A stretch of 64,000 nucleotides of DNA from Dehalococcoidales bacterium (GTDB lineage: Bacteria > Chloroflexota > Dehalococcoidia > Dehalococcoidales > RBG-16-60-22), in assembly GCA_041652735.1 (NCBI GenBank), contig JBAZGT010000004.1:21916-85915 (forward strand), written 5' to 3'. Below the pieces are notes generated by a model. The model saw only the letters and a program-made list of their open reading frames with translations, ran no database searches and had not been told where the DNA came from. The position numbers and the translations under genes were made by a program. This document shows positions 46,923 through 55,700 of this stretch, piece after piece (positions within the stretch are counted from its first letter, which is position 1; every line of letters starts with the position of its first letter).

Positions 46923-47558
46923 TTACTTTTTCTCCCTCTTCGTCTTTTGTATCAGCACCAGTCCGTTGGTCATGCCCGGCACCGCCCCTTTAATCAGCAA
47001 AAGATTGCGGGCGGGGTCGGATTCCAGCACCTCCAGGTTGCTCACGGTGACGCGTGCGCTGCCCATGTGTCCCGCCATGCGCAGTCCCTTATACACGCGC
47101 CCGGGGCTGGTATTGGAGCCGACGGAGCCGGGGGCGCGCCACCGGTCGGACTGGCCGTGGGTTTTGGGACCGCCGTTGAAATGGTAGCGCTTTACGCCGC
47201 CGGCGAACCCTTTACCCTTGCTTATGCCGCATACATCGACGATGTCTCCGGCTTTGAACAGGCTGACGTCTATTTTCTGCCCGGCCTCAACCTTGGGGCC
47301 GTTTTCCAGGCGGAACTCCCGCATGTAGCGGAACTTGACCGTCTCTTTTTCCTTGGCTTTGCTCTTCTTGGCGGCGGTCTTGTTCTTCTTCACCTCGCCA
47401 AAGCCGAGCTGCGCGGCTACGTAACCGTCTTTCTCCATGGTCTTGACCTGCACCACGGTGCAGGGCCCGGCCTGGATGGCGGTTACGGCTTCGGTCTTGC
47501 CGCCCTTGCCGTAGATCTGGGTCATGCCCAGTTTTTTACCTAAAATTCCTTCAGTCAT
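46923..47558 (-). CDS. rplC: 50S ribosomal protein L3
   Basis: The track ORF extends to the TTG at 47573. ATG at 47558 gives MTEGILGKKLGMTQIY..., with GGTGG upstream. Confidence 0.94.
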   Translation of the reverse strand: MTEGILGKKLGMTQIYGKGGKTEAVTAIQAGPCTVVQVKTMEKDGYVAAQLGFGEVKKNKTAAKKSKAKEKETVKFRYMREFRLENGPKVEAGQKIDVSLFKAGDIVDVCGISKGKGFAGGVKRYHFNGGPKTHGQSDRWRAPGSVGSNTSPGRVYKGLRMAGHMGSARVTVSNLEVLESDPARNLLLIKGAVPGMTNGLVLIQKTKREKK

Positions 47559-47574
47559 AATGCCACCAATCAAA

Positions 47575-47883
47575 TTAAAGCTTGATATCTATTTCCACGC
47601 CGGACGGCAGGTTCAGCTTGGTCAGCGCATCGATAGTTTTGGAAGTAGTCTCGATGATATCTATCAGGCGCTTGTGCGTCCGTATCTCGAACTGCTCCTG
47701 GGAGTCTTTATCGATGAAAGGGGAGCGGATAACGCTGAACTTCTGGATAGTGGTCGGCAGCGGTACCGGTCCCACGGCCACCGCGCCGGTGCTTTCCACC
47801 GCTTCCAGAATTTGCCGTGCCGATAGGTCCACCACCTTGTGGTCATAGCCCTTGAGTTTGATGCGGATTTTCTGTTTAGCCAT
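47575..47883 (-). CDS. rpsJ: 30S ribosomal protein S10
   Basis: ORF track. [19 protein letters not shown].... Its start overlaps the fusA stop by 8 nt. Confidence 0.96.
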   Translation of the reverse strand: MAKQKIRIKLKGYDHKVVDLSARQILEAVESTGAVAVGPVPLPTTIQKFSVIRSPFIDKDSQEQFEIRTHKRLIDIIETTSKTIDALTKLNLPSGVEIDIKL

Positions 47884-49981
47884 TTTTCTTGCCTACAGCC
47901 TTTTCTAAAATCTCGTCCGTCATGTTAGACGGCAGTTGCTCGTAACTGTTGAATTCCAGCGAGTGGGTGGCCCGCCCCTGCGTTAAGGAGCGCAGGCCGG
48001 TGGCGTAGCCGAATGATTCCGCCAGGGGGATGAGGCAGTGGATGATGAAAGTATCTCCCTGAGGGTCTATTTTGCCTATACGCCCGCGCCGTGAGTTCAG
48101 GTCGCCGATAATATCGCCCAGGAACTGTTCCGGCGTCACCACTTCCAGTTTCATAATGGGTTCCAGCAAAATCGGTCTGGCTTTCCTCACGCCTTCGCGG
48201 ACGGCCAGCGAGCCAGCCATTTTGAAAGCCATTTCCGATGAGTCTACGTCATGGTAGCTGCCGTCATAAAGGGTGGCTTTGACATCCACCACCGGGTAGC
48301 CGGCCAGTACGCCGGTTTCCATCGCTTCTTTAATGCCGGCCTTGACCGGGTTGATGTACTGCCGCGGTATGGTGGCGCCCTTGATGGCATCCACGAACTC
48401 GAAGCCCTTGCCGCGCGGCTGCGGCTCGAAAGCCACGTTGACCACGCCGTACTGGCCGTGGCCGCCGCTCTGGCGGACGAACCTGCCTTCCGCTTTTACC
48501 GGCATGGTGATGGTCTCTTTATAGGCCACGCGCGGGTTGCCTACCTTCACGCCCACGTTAAATTCGCGGATGAGCCGTGAAGTAATGACTTCCAGGTGCA
48601 GCTCGCCCATGCCGGAGACTACCGTCTGGCCGGTCTCCTCGTTAAAGTTCACCTTGAAAGTGGGGTCTTCTTCCGTCAGTTTCTGTAAAGCTTCGCCGAG
48701 TTTATCCTGGTCGGCCCGGGTCTTGGGCTCGACGGCGATGGAAATAACAGGTTCGGGGAAGCGGATGGATTCGAGTAGGATGGACTGGGCTGTTTCACAG
48801 AGGGTATCGCCGGTGAAGGTATTTTTAAGTCCGAGGGTGGCAACGATGGAGCCGGTATCAGCGGAGGTAATGTCCTCGCGATGATTGGCGTGCATCAAGA
48901 GAAGGCGGCCAATGCGTTCCGGCCTTTCGCGGGTCGGATTGAACACCTGAGCGCCCACCTTAACCTTACCGGAATAGACTCTAAAATAAACGAGCCGGCC
49001 CACGAAGGGGTCGGTCACGACTTTAAATGCCAGGGCGGAGAAGGGAGCGTCATCGCTGGCTTCACGGGTAATTTTCTCTTCGGTCTTGGGGTTGGTCCCG
49101 TCCACCGGCGGCACATCCAGCGGGGAGGGCAGGTAATCGACGATAGCGTCGAGCAGGAGCTGGATACCCATGTTGCGCAGGGCGCTGCCGCAGATAACGG
49201 GCACGCCTTTGATGGCCAGGGTTACGCGCCGTAAAGCCTGTTTCAGCTCCGCGGACTCTACTTTTTTGCCTTCCACGAAGGCAATCATCATCGCGTCGTC
49301 ATGCTCGGCTAATTTGGCAATCAGGTGCTGCCGGGCTTCTTCCACGCGCTCTTTTTCTTCTTCCGGTACGGGCATTTCTTCCCGCGGCGTATCGGGGTCG
49401 CCGGAGAAGCGCCACGCCTTGTTTTCCACCAGGTCCACCACGCCGTGATAGCGGTCTTCGGCGCCCAGTGGGTAATGTATGGGGAGCGGGGTGGCTAAAA
49501 GGCGCGTTTCAATCATGGAGATGGTGCGGGTGAAACTCGCGCCGATGCGGTCCATTTTATTGATATAGCAGATGCGCGGCACCTTGTACCTGTCCGCCTG
49601 GCGCCAGACTGTTTCGCTCTGCGCTTCCACGCCGGAAACAGCATCGAAGACGACTACCCCGCCGTCCAGGACGCGCAGGCTGCGCTCTACTTCCGCGGTG
49701 AAATCAACGTGTCCGGGAGTATCTATAATATTGATGCGGTGGTCCAGCCAGTAGCAGGTGGTAGCCGCCGCCGTGATGGTAATGCCGCGTTCCCTTTCCT
49801 GGTCCATCCAGTCCATGACGGCCGTGCCTTCATGCACCTCGCCCAGTTTATAGGTCTTGCCCGTATGATAAAGTATCCTCTCGGTGACGGTGGTCTTGCC
49901 GGCATCGATGTGGGCGATGATACCTATATTGCGAATGTCTTCCAGAGGAAATTCCCGGGGCACTTTTTTATCTCCCGCCAT
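47876..49981 (-). CDS. fusA: elongation factor G
   Basis: The track ORF is open to the GTG at 50029. ATG at 49981 ([31 protein letters not shown]...) fits the usual EF-G N-terminus. No SD is obvious for either start. Confidence 0.93.
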   Translation of the reverse strand: MAGDKKVPREFPLEDIRNIGIIAHIDAGKTTVTERILYHTGKTYKLGEVHEGTAVMDWMDQERERGITITAAATTCYWLDHRINIIDTPGHVDFTAEVERSLRVLDGGVVVFDAVSGVEAQSETVWRQADRYKVPRICYINKMDRIGASFTRTISMIETRLLATPLPIHYPLGAEDRYHGVVDLVENKAWRFSGDPDTPREEMPVPEEEKERVEEARQHLIAKLAEHDDAMMIAFVEGKKVESAELKQALRRVTLAIKGVPVICGSALRNMGIQLLLDAIVDYLPSPLDVPPVDGTNPKTEEKITREASDDAPFSALAFKVVTDPFVGRLVYFRVYSGKVKVGAQVFNPTRERPERIGRLLLMHANHREDITSADTGSIVATLGLKNTFTGDTLCETAQSILLESIRFPEPVISIAVEPKTRADQDKLGEALQKLTEEDPTFKVNFNEETGQTVVSGMGELHLEVITSRLIREFNVGVKVGNPRVAYKETITMPVKAEGRFVRQSGGHGQYGVVNVAFEPQPRGKGFEFVDAIKGATIPRQYINPVKAGIKEAMETGVLAGYPVVDVKATLYDGSYHDVDSSEMAFKMAGSLAVREGVRKARPILLEPIMKLEVVTPEQFLGDIIGDLNSRRGRIGKIDPQGDTFIIHCLIPLAESFGYATGLRSLTQGRATHSLEFNSYEQLPSNMTDEILEKAVGKKNG

Positions 49982-50022
49982 CTGATTATTTACGTTAATA
50001 CCTGTGTTAGTTACCAAATCCT

Positions 50023-50493
50023 CTACCACCTGTAATGGGCAAAGGCACGGTTAGCCTCGGCCATTTTATGCGTGTCTTCACGCTTCTTAATCGTGTTTCC
50101 CTGTCCCTGGAAGGCCTCGGACAACTCATCAGCCAGTTTTTCATTCATCGCCTTGCCTTTTCTTGACCGGGCGGATGCAATCAGCCAGGTGAGGGCAAGG
50201 AACAGACCGCGGTCCGGGGCGACTTCCACCGGGACCTGGTACGTAGCGCCGCCGACACGCCGCGGTTTTACCTGGAGGAGGGGGGTAACGTTCTTAACCG
50301 CCTGTTCCAGCGCCGCCGCCGGGTCCTTGGAGACGTGCTGTCCCAGTTTCTCCAGTGCATTGTAAACGATGTTTTCCGCCGTTCTTTTCTTACCGCGCTC
50401 CATTACTTTAATAATAAGCTGCGATACCGTAACGCTGCGGTACTTGGCATCCGGAACGATTTCTCTTTTTACTGATCTAGCTCTTCTCGCCAT
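50023..50493 (-). CDS. rpsG: 30S ribosomal protein S7
   Basis: ORF track. [16 protein letters not shown]...[10 protein letters not shown]. Confidence 0.96.
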   Translation of the reverse strand: MARRARSVKREIVPDAKYRSVTVSQLIIKVMERGKKRTAENIVYNALEKLGQHVSKDPAAALEQAVKNVTPLLQVKPRRVGGATYQVPVEVAPDRGLFLALTWLIASARSRKGKAMNEKLADELSEAFQGQGNTIKKREDTHKMAEANRAFAHYRW

Positions 50494-50513
50494 TATAATC
50501 CCTCGTATTAGGC

Positions 50514-50945
50514 TTAGGCCTCAGCGGCTTTGGCTTTAGCTTTCTTGGCGCCGTATTTACTGCGGCCCTGCTTGCGGTTCTGTACGCCGGTGGTATCCAT
50601 GGTCCCCCGGATGATGTGATAGCGGACGCCGGGTAGGTCCGGGACGCGGCCGCCGCGGATAAGTACGACCGAGTGTTCCTGGAGCTCGTGGCCCTCGCCG
50701 GGGATATAAGCGGTGACCTCGATATGGTTAGTCAGCCTTACCTTGGCTATCTTGCGCAAAGCGGAATTAGGTTTCTTGGGGGTGGTGGTCTTTACCTGGA
50801 TGCAAACGCCGCGTTTCTGCGGGGAACTTTTACCCTGCAATACACGGTTTTTCAGTGAGTTATAGGTGAACGTGAGTGCCGGCGTTTTGTCCTTGGTGGT
50901 TGCCTTGCGCCGCCCTTTGCGGACCAGCTGATTTATTGTTGGCAT
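50514..50945 (-). CDS. rpsL: 30S ribosomal protein S12 (short Lys/Ala-rich C-terminal tail)
   Basis: ORF track. [13 protein letters not shown]...[47 protein letters not shown]. Confidence 0.96.
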   Translation of the reverse strand: MPTINQLVRKGRRKATTKDKTPALTFTYNSLKNRVLQGKSSPQKRGVCIQVKTTTPKKPNSALRKIAKVRLTNHIEVTAYIPGEGHELQEHSVVLIRGGRVPDLPGVRYHIIRGTMDTTGVQNRKQGRSKYGAKKAKAKAAEA

Positions 50946-50970
50946 TATTCTTTTTCTTTACCCCCTAACA

Positions 50971-51015
50971 ATTACAATGGATGGGCTCGGCCCATCCATT
51001 ACGAATTCTTGTAAT
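50971..51015 (-). other. strong hairpin in the predicted rpsL leader
   Basis: AATGGATGGGC-tcg-GCCCATCCATT forms a perfect 11-bp stem with a 3-nt loop at 50976-51000. It can be extended by ATTAC/GTAAT with a bulge. No U-tract follows. Confidence 0.6.
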
Positions 51016-51081
51016 GTGATAGAGAGAGGTTTGTAAGCTCAATCTATCTACGTTTACTGAATTCCTAGCACCAAACATTTA

Positions 51082-51110
51082 ATGTAACACATCATGGCAC
51101 TGTCTGTCAA
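51082..51110 (-). promoter_or_regulatory. candidate sigma-70 promoter for the ribosomal super-cluster
   Basis: Read on the minus strand: TTGACA (51110-51105), a 17-nt spacer, then TTACAT (51087-51082). This predicts a leader of about 130 nt before the rpsL ATG. Confidence 0.45.
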
Positions 51111-51197
51111 TATCTTTGCTAGGTAACTTGGGGATACGTTTCTCAAGGCCTGCAACGGCGGCGGAACGGGGCGCATTTCAAGGTGGAGGAGGGGAGG

Positions 51198-51650
51198 TTA
51201 AAGGCTGTCCAGCGCCTTGTTGGCCAGGGCGTCCGCGGCGGCATTCTGGGCGCGCGGTATGTGGCTAATACTGAAGCTTTCCAGCGATCCTATCAGCTTC
51301 ACCGCTTCCTGGTACAGGGGGCGGAGGGCGGCGTTTTTTATCTTGTAGAGTCCGTTGAGTTGTTTCACCATTAGCTCGGAGTCGGACTTCACCGTCACCT
51401 GCCTGGCGCCCAGGGAGATGGCTTTTTCCAGACCGGCGATGATGGCGCGGTATTCCGCCTGGTTGTTGGTGGTAGGGCCGAGGCGGCGGGAAACGGTGGC
51501 GGCGATATGGCCCGTCTCGTCTTTAATGACCACCCCTATAGCCGCCGGCCCCGGGTTGCCCCGCGCCGCGCCGTCCGTATATATCGTGACTTTGTTGATG
51601 CTCAATTTAGCTTTCAGGCAATAAACAGGATGCGACCGCAGCTGCCGCAC
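51198..51650 (-). CDS. rnhA: ribonuclease HI
   Basis: ORF track. ...VTIYTDGAARGNPGPAAIGVVI...TNNQAEYRAIIAGLE...VKSDSELMVKQL.... The ATG at 51650 lies inside the upstream gene. An alternative TTG at 51605 lies 8 nt after that gene's stop. Confidence 0.85.
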   Translation of the reverse strand: MRQLRSHPVYCLKAKLSINKVTIYTDGAARGNPGPAAIGVVIKDETGHIAATVSRRLGPTTNNQAEYRAIIAGLEKAISLGARQVTVKSDSELMVKQLNGLYKIKNAALRPLYQEAVKLIGSLESFSISHIPRAQNAAADALANKALDSL

Positions 51651-52309
51651 AGTATCGGCTGGCCGCTGCGGGCTCTCTGGAGGGCGCTGGCGGAAAGGGA
51701 GATGCGGCAGGTTTGGCAGATGCCCTGTTCCACCCTGGCTACCGCCTGTTTCTTCTGCTGGCGGACTTTTTCATAAAGGGCTACGGCGGCGTCATCTATC
51801 TGTTCCACCAGCTGGCGGCGCTTTTCCCGCAGGCCAGACAGGACTTTCTTGAGCAGCTCGATGTCCGCGGCCAGTTGGGTCTGCTGTTTGCCCCACTCAT
51901 CCTCCAGTCCGGCGTAGTCCTTGATAAGGGCGGTAACCTGCTGTTCGGTTTCTTCCACCTGTTCGATGATATCCAGCACCTTGTTTTCCAGGGGGTCGTT
52001 CAAATTTTTAAGGTTGGTTATCTCGTGCTGGAGGTTGGAAAGCTCTTTGGGGTTTTTTATCGTGCCGCCGTAAAGCTGCTTTTCCGCGGCCTCGATTTTG
52101 CTCAGGATATCGTCCACCTGCCCCTCGGTATCGCGCCGGGCGTGCTTAAGGTCGGCCAAACGCTTTTGCGCCGCGTCCAGCGTGCTTTGCGCCGCGTCCA
52201 GCGTGTCCCTTCTCCCCAGCTGGCCGGTCTTCAGCACCAGCGTCTGTGACGTGGACTCGATATCATTATCGAACTCCTGGAGTTCATAAAGTTGTTTGGT
52301 AATGGGCAT
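51614..52309 (-). CDS. coiled-coil protein with C-terminal C4 zinc ribbon (COG1579/DUF164-like)
   Basis: The track ORF extends to 52414. ATG at 52309 (MPITKQLYELQEFDNDIES...) has a GGAGAAGG SD. The C-terminus is ...CQTCRISLS...CGSCGRILF. Confidence 0.75.
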   Translation of the reverse strand: MPITKQLYELQEFDNDIESTSQTLVLKTGQLGRRDTLDAAQSTLDAAQKRLADLKHARRDTEGQVDDILSKIEAAEKQLYGGTIKNPKELSNLQHEITNLKNLNDPLENKVLDIIEQVEETEQQVTALIKDYAGLEDEWGKQQTQLAADIELLKKVLSGLREKRRQLVEQIDDAAVALYEKVRQQKKQAVARVEQGICQTCRISLSASALQRARSGQPILCGSCGRILFIA

Positions 52310-52401
52310 AGCCTTCTCCGTGCCTATTCTATAACGGGAGGATGATAATAGCAACCGGAGGAAAAACAATATTGCCATATGGTATATGTGGTGCTCTCGT
52401 A

Positions 52402-52430
52402 TTGCATTAGGCATGTAGTCAAGGTAAAAT
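52402..52430 (+). promoter_or_regulatory. sigma-70 promoter placed to give a leaderless or near-leaderless aroB mRNA
   Basis: TTGCAT (52402-52407), a 17-nt spacer, then TAAAAT (52425-52430). The aroB ATG begins 8 nt after the -10 element, and no SD is present. Confidence 0.5.
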
Positions 52431-52437
52431 TACAGCA

Positions 52438-53532
52438 ATGAAAATAGTTAAAGTTACCCTCGCCGCTAAAAGCTATGAGATACGGGTGGGGAGCGGGATA
52501 ATGGCGGACGCCGGTCTGTGGCTTAAGGAACAGGGACTGGCCGGTAAAGCGGTAATCATCACGGACAGCAACGTGGGGCCGCTTTACGCCGCAGCGCTGG
52601 GAAAAAGCCTGGCTGGAGCCGGATTCAAAGTAACGGTTATCCTGATACCCGCCGGGGAAGAGCAAAAGACATTAGCTGTTGCCGGTCTGCTTTATAAAAA
52701 ACTCGCGGCTAACTACGCGGAGAGAAGCACGTCCGTGCTGGCGCTGGGGGGTGGGGTAGTCGGCGATCTCGCCGGTTTTGTGGCCGCCACCTATATGCGC
52801 GGGGTGCCCCTGGTTCAGCTGCCTACCACTCTCCTGGCGATGGTGGACAGCAGCGTGGGGGGCAAGACCGCCGTTGACCACGGCCAGATGAAAAACATCG
52901 TCGGCGCATTCTACCAGCCGCGACTGGTTATCGCGGATATCGATACGTTAAAAACTCTCCCCCAAAAAGAGCTGAGCAACGGTCTGGCGGAGGTTATCAA
53001 GGCAGCGGCGATATTCGACGAAGATTTTTTCCGGTTCCTGGAAGAGCATATGGGGCAGGCCATGGCCTTTGCCCCAGACGTTTTGGAGGAAATCGTTATC
53101 CGGAGTATTTCACATAAAGCGGAAATCGTGGGCCGCGACGAAAAAGAGTCCGGCGAGCGCATTCTCCTGAACTACGGGCATACCGTCGGTCACGCCGTCG
53201 AGGCGGTCTCCGGCTTTACCCTGAAGCACGGGCAGGCGGTGGCGCTGGGCATGCTGGCGGAAAACCGCATCGCGGTAAAAATGGGTATGCTTTCGGAAGG
53301 AGACGCCGCCCGGATTGAAACGTTAATCAGGCAGGCCGGTTTGCCGTTTATTTTGCCGAATTTTACGGAAGCGGAAAAAGAAAAGGTGCTGGAATTCATC
53401 AAACATGATAAAAAAGTCTTGAACGACCGTGTCCGGTTCGTGCTGCTTGAAGGCATCGGCCGTTCGGTAGTATCGGATGCCGTTGGACCGGGACTGGTTA
53501 AGGAGGTACTCTTTGGCCGGGGAAAGACCTAA
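52438..53532 (+). CDS. aroB: 3-dehydroquinate synthase
   Basis: ORF track. ...ALGGGVVGDLAGFVAATYMRGVPLVQLPTTLLAMVDSSVGGKTAV...GHT.GHA.E. Confidence 0.92.
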   Translation: MKIVKVTLAAKSYEIRVGSGIMADAGLWLKEQGLAGKAVIITDSNVGPLYAAALGKSLAGAGFKVTVILIPAGEEQKTLAVAGLLYKKLAANYAERSTSVLALGGGVVGDLAGFVAATYMRGVPLVQLPTTLLAMVDSSVGGKTAVDHGQMKNIVGAFYQPRLVIADIDTLKTLPQKELSNGLAEVIKAAAIFDEDFFRFLEEHMGQAMAFAPDVLEEIVIRSISHKAEIVGRDEKESGERILLNYGHTVGHAVEAVSGFTLKHGQAVALGMLAENRIAVKMGMLSEGDAARIETLIRQAGLPFILPNFTEAEKEKVLEFIKHDKKVLNDRVRFVLLEGIGRSVVSDAVGPGLVKEVLFGRGKT

Positions 53533-54211
53533 AATTTGCGCCGTCATTACTAGCGATGATATTACCGCCGTGAGCCGGGCGGAGACCGCCGTCGACCTCT
53601 GGGAGGTGCGTATCGACCTTATCGGCAAGGGGTGGCGGGAGATAGCGGGGACACTGAAAAAGCCCTGGATAGCCTGTAACCGCCGGGTGGAGGAGGGGGG
53701 CAAATGGCAGGACGGCGAGCCGCGGCGCATCGAGGAGCTTTTAAGCGCCCTGGAACTGGGGGCGGATACTATTGATATCGAGCTGGCCACGCCGGGGGTG
53801 GAAACAATCGTTCAGCAAATCAAGGAGCGCGCCGAATGCCTCGTTTCCTGCCACAACCTGGAGGAAACACCGCCGCTGGACCGCCTGAAGCAGATCGTCA
53901 TCAACCAGCTGGCGGCCGGGGCGGATATCTGTAAGGTCGTGACCGCGGCGCGCTGCTTTAGGGATAACCTGGAGATGCTGCAGCTCATCACGGACTTCCA
54001 AAACGTGCAAATCAGCGCCTTCGCCACGGGTGCGGCCGGGCAGCTTTCCAGGGTGCTTTGCCCGCTGGCCGGCGGCTGCTTTACCTACGCGTCTCTGGGC
54101 GAGGGAAAAGAGTCGGCGGAGGGGCAGGTAACGGTGGGAGAGCTGCGGAAAATTTACGCCATACTCGAGGGCAGCGCGGACGACTGGAGTGACGTTCAGG
54201 TAGACCTATGA
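53513..54211 (+). CDS. aroD: type I 3-dehydroquinate dehydratase
   Basis: The track ORF begins at 53477, inside aroB. TTG at 53513 is preceded by AAGGAGG at 6 nt. ...ICAVITSDD...VDLWEVRIDL...SCHNLEETP...KVVT.A. Confidence 0.82.
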   Translation: MAGERPKICAVITSDDITAVSRAETAVDLWEVRIDLIGKGWREIAGTLKKPWIACNRRVEEGGKWQDGEPRRIEELLSALELGADTIDIELATPGVETIVQQIKERAECLVSCHNLEETPPLDRLKQIVINQLAAGADICKVVTAARCFRDNLEMLQLITDFQNVQISAFATGAAGQLSRVLCPLAGGCFTYASLGEGKESAEGQVTVGELRKIYAILEGSADDWSDVQVDL

Positions 54212-55092
54212 TTGACGCGGCGAAGATGGTAAATATCTCCGGTAAGACCCGCATCTGCGCCCTCATCGGCGACCCCGTGGAGCACAGCATGTCCCCGGTT
54301 ATGCACAACGCCTGCTATCAAAAGCTGGGGCTGGACTACGCTTATATCCCCTTCCGCGTCAGGCCGGAGGCGCTGTCTCAAGCGGTGGCGGGCCTGCGGG
54401 CTTTAAACGTCAGGGGTTTCAACGTCACCATCCCGCATAAAGTGGCCGTGATACCGCTGCTGGACGGCCTCGACCCTCTGGCGGAGAAAATAGGGGCGGT
54501 CAATACCGTGGTGAATACGGACGGCAGGCTGTGGGGCTTTAACACGGACGCCGAGGGATTTTTGCAGTCGTTGCTGGCCGCCGGCATCAAGCCGGAGGGA
54601 AAAAAGATAACGGTGGTGGGGGCGGGCGGGGCCTCCCGCGCCGTCAGCTATATCTTGGCGCAACACGGCGCCCGTATCACCATTGTTAACCGGAAACAGG
54701 AGCTGGACTGGGCGGAAAACATCGCCGCGTTGTTAAGGGCGGATTTCCCGCGGGAAGTGCGAGTTTACGAGCTGGCACAGCTGGCCGAAGCGTTACATAG
54801 CGCCGACCTGCTGGTTAACGCCACCAGCGTGGGCATGAGCCCGAACCCTGATGCCGCCCCGGTCCCGGCCGAACTGTTAGCTGGAATCCCGGCGGTATTT
54901 GATATCGTGTATAATCCGCTGGAAACGCGGCTGCTCCGGGAAGCCGGAGCAGCAGGCGCTAAAACGGTGGGCGGCATAGACATGCTGGCCTGGCAGGGCG
55001 CCTTGGCCTTTGAGAAGTGGACGGGGCAAAAAGCGCCTCTGGACTTAATGCGGGACGAAGCTATTAAAATGCTAGGCGAAACAAAAAACTAG
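54208..55092 (+). CDS. aroE: shikimate dehydrogenase
   Basis: ORF track. ...LIGDPVEHSMSPVMHNA...GFNVTIPHK...NT.....G.NTD..GF...VGAGGA.RA. ATGA overlap with aroD. Confidence 0.92.
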   Translation: MIDAAKMVNISGKTRICALIGDPVEHSMSPVMHNACYQKLGLDYAYIPFRVRPEALSQAVAGLRALNVRGFNVTIPHKVAVIPLLDGLDPLAEKIGAVNTVVNTDGRLWGFNTDAEGFLQSLLAAGIKPEGKKITVVGAGGASRAVSYILAQHGARITIVNRKQELDWAENIAALLRADFPREVRVYELAQLAEALHSADLLVNATSVGMSPNPDAAPVPAELLAGIPAVFDIVYNPLETRLLREAGAAGAKTVGGIDMLAWQGALAFEKWTGQKAPLDLMRDEAIKMLGETKN

Positions 55093-55127
55093 CCTGTCAC
55101 CATTATACACTGGTTTGCACAAGCATC

Positions 55128-55161
55128 CTCTCCCTTTACGAAAGGGAGAGTTAGTGAGGGT
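55128..55161. repeat. hairpin repeat CTCTCCCTTT-acg-AAAGGGAGAG followed by TTAGTGAGGGT, inside the aro operon
   Basis: Read directly. It lies between aroE and aroK and belongs to the same family as 8292-8330 and 22548-22590. Confidence 0.75.
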
Positions 55162-55172
55162 TTTTAGCAATA

Positions 55173-55700
55173 GTGAAAACAAGCGTAGCCTTAATCGGCT
55201 TTATGGGGACCGGTAAAACGGCGGTGGGCCGGCGGCTGGCGGACAAGCTCGGCAGGGAGTTCGTGGAGCTGGACGCCCTTATCGAGCAGCGGGCCGGCAA
55301 GCCCATCCCGGAGATATTCCGCCAGGACGGCGAGATACGCTTCCGCGAGCTGGAAATAGAGGTGACGCGGGACATCACCGGCAGGAAAAACGCGGTCATC
55401 GCCTGCGGCGGCGGCCTCGTCCTCAATAAAATAAACGTTGACCGTTTGCGGCGGGAGTGTGTTATAGTGTGCCTGGAGGCGTCGCCGTCGGTTATATTAA
55501 AGCGGACTTCCGCGGATAAAGACGGCCGGCCGCTTTTAGCCGTGGCTGACCGGGCGCGGCAGATAAAAGAGCTTTTGGCGTTCCGCCGGCCTTACTACTG
55601 CCGGGCGGCGGAAATTACCGTAGATACCTCAAGAATGAACATTGACGCGGTAGCGGATAAAATTATCGGGATGATAAATGAACATGAAAGCAACGGTTGA
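55173..55700 (+). CDS. aroK: shikimate kinase
   Basis: ORF track. GTG start. ...LIGFMGTGKTAVGRRLA...FVELD...FRELE...IACGGG. Confidence 0.9.
   Translation: MKTSVALIGFMGTGKTAVGRRLADKLGREFVELDALIEQRAGKPIPEIFRQDGEIRFRELEIEVTRDITGRKNAVIACGGGLVLNKINVDRLRRECVIVCLEASPSVILKRTSADKDGRPLLAVADRARQIKELLAFRRPYYCRAAEITVDTSRMNIDAVADKIIGMINEHESNG

Noticed and set aside
47876-47883. The absence of tuf between fusA and rpsJ, considered as a possible misassembly or deletion.
   Set aside because: The fusA stop and the rpsJ start overlap cleanly in an AATGGCTAA arrangement, which looks like an evolved coupled junction. It is kept only as a note within the super-cluster finding.
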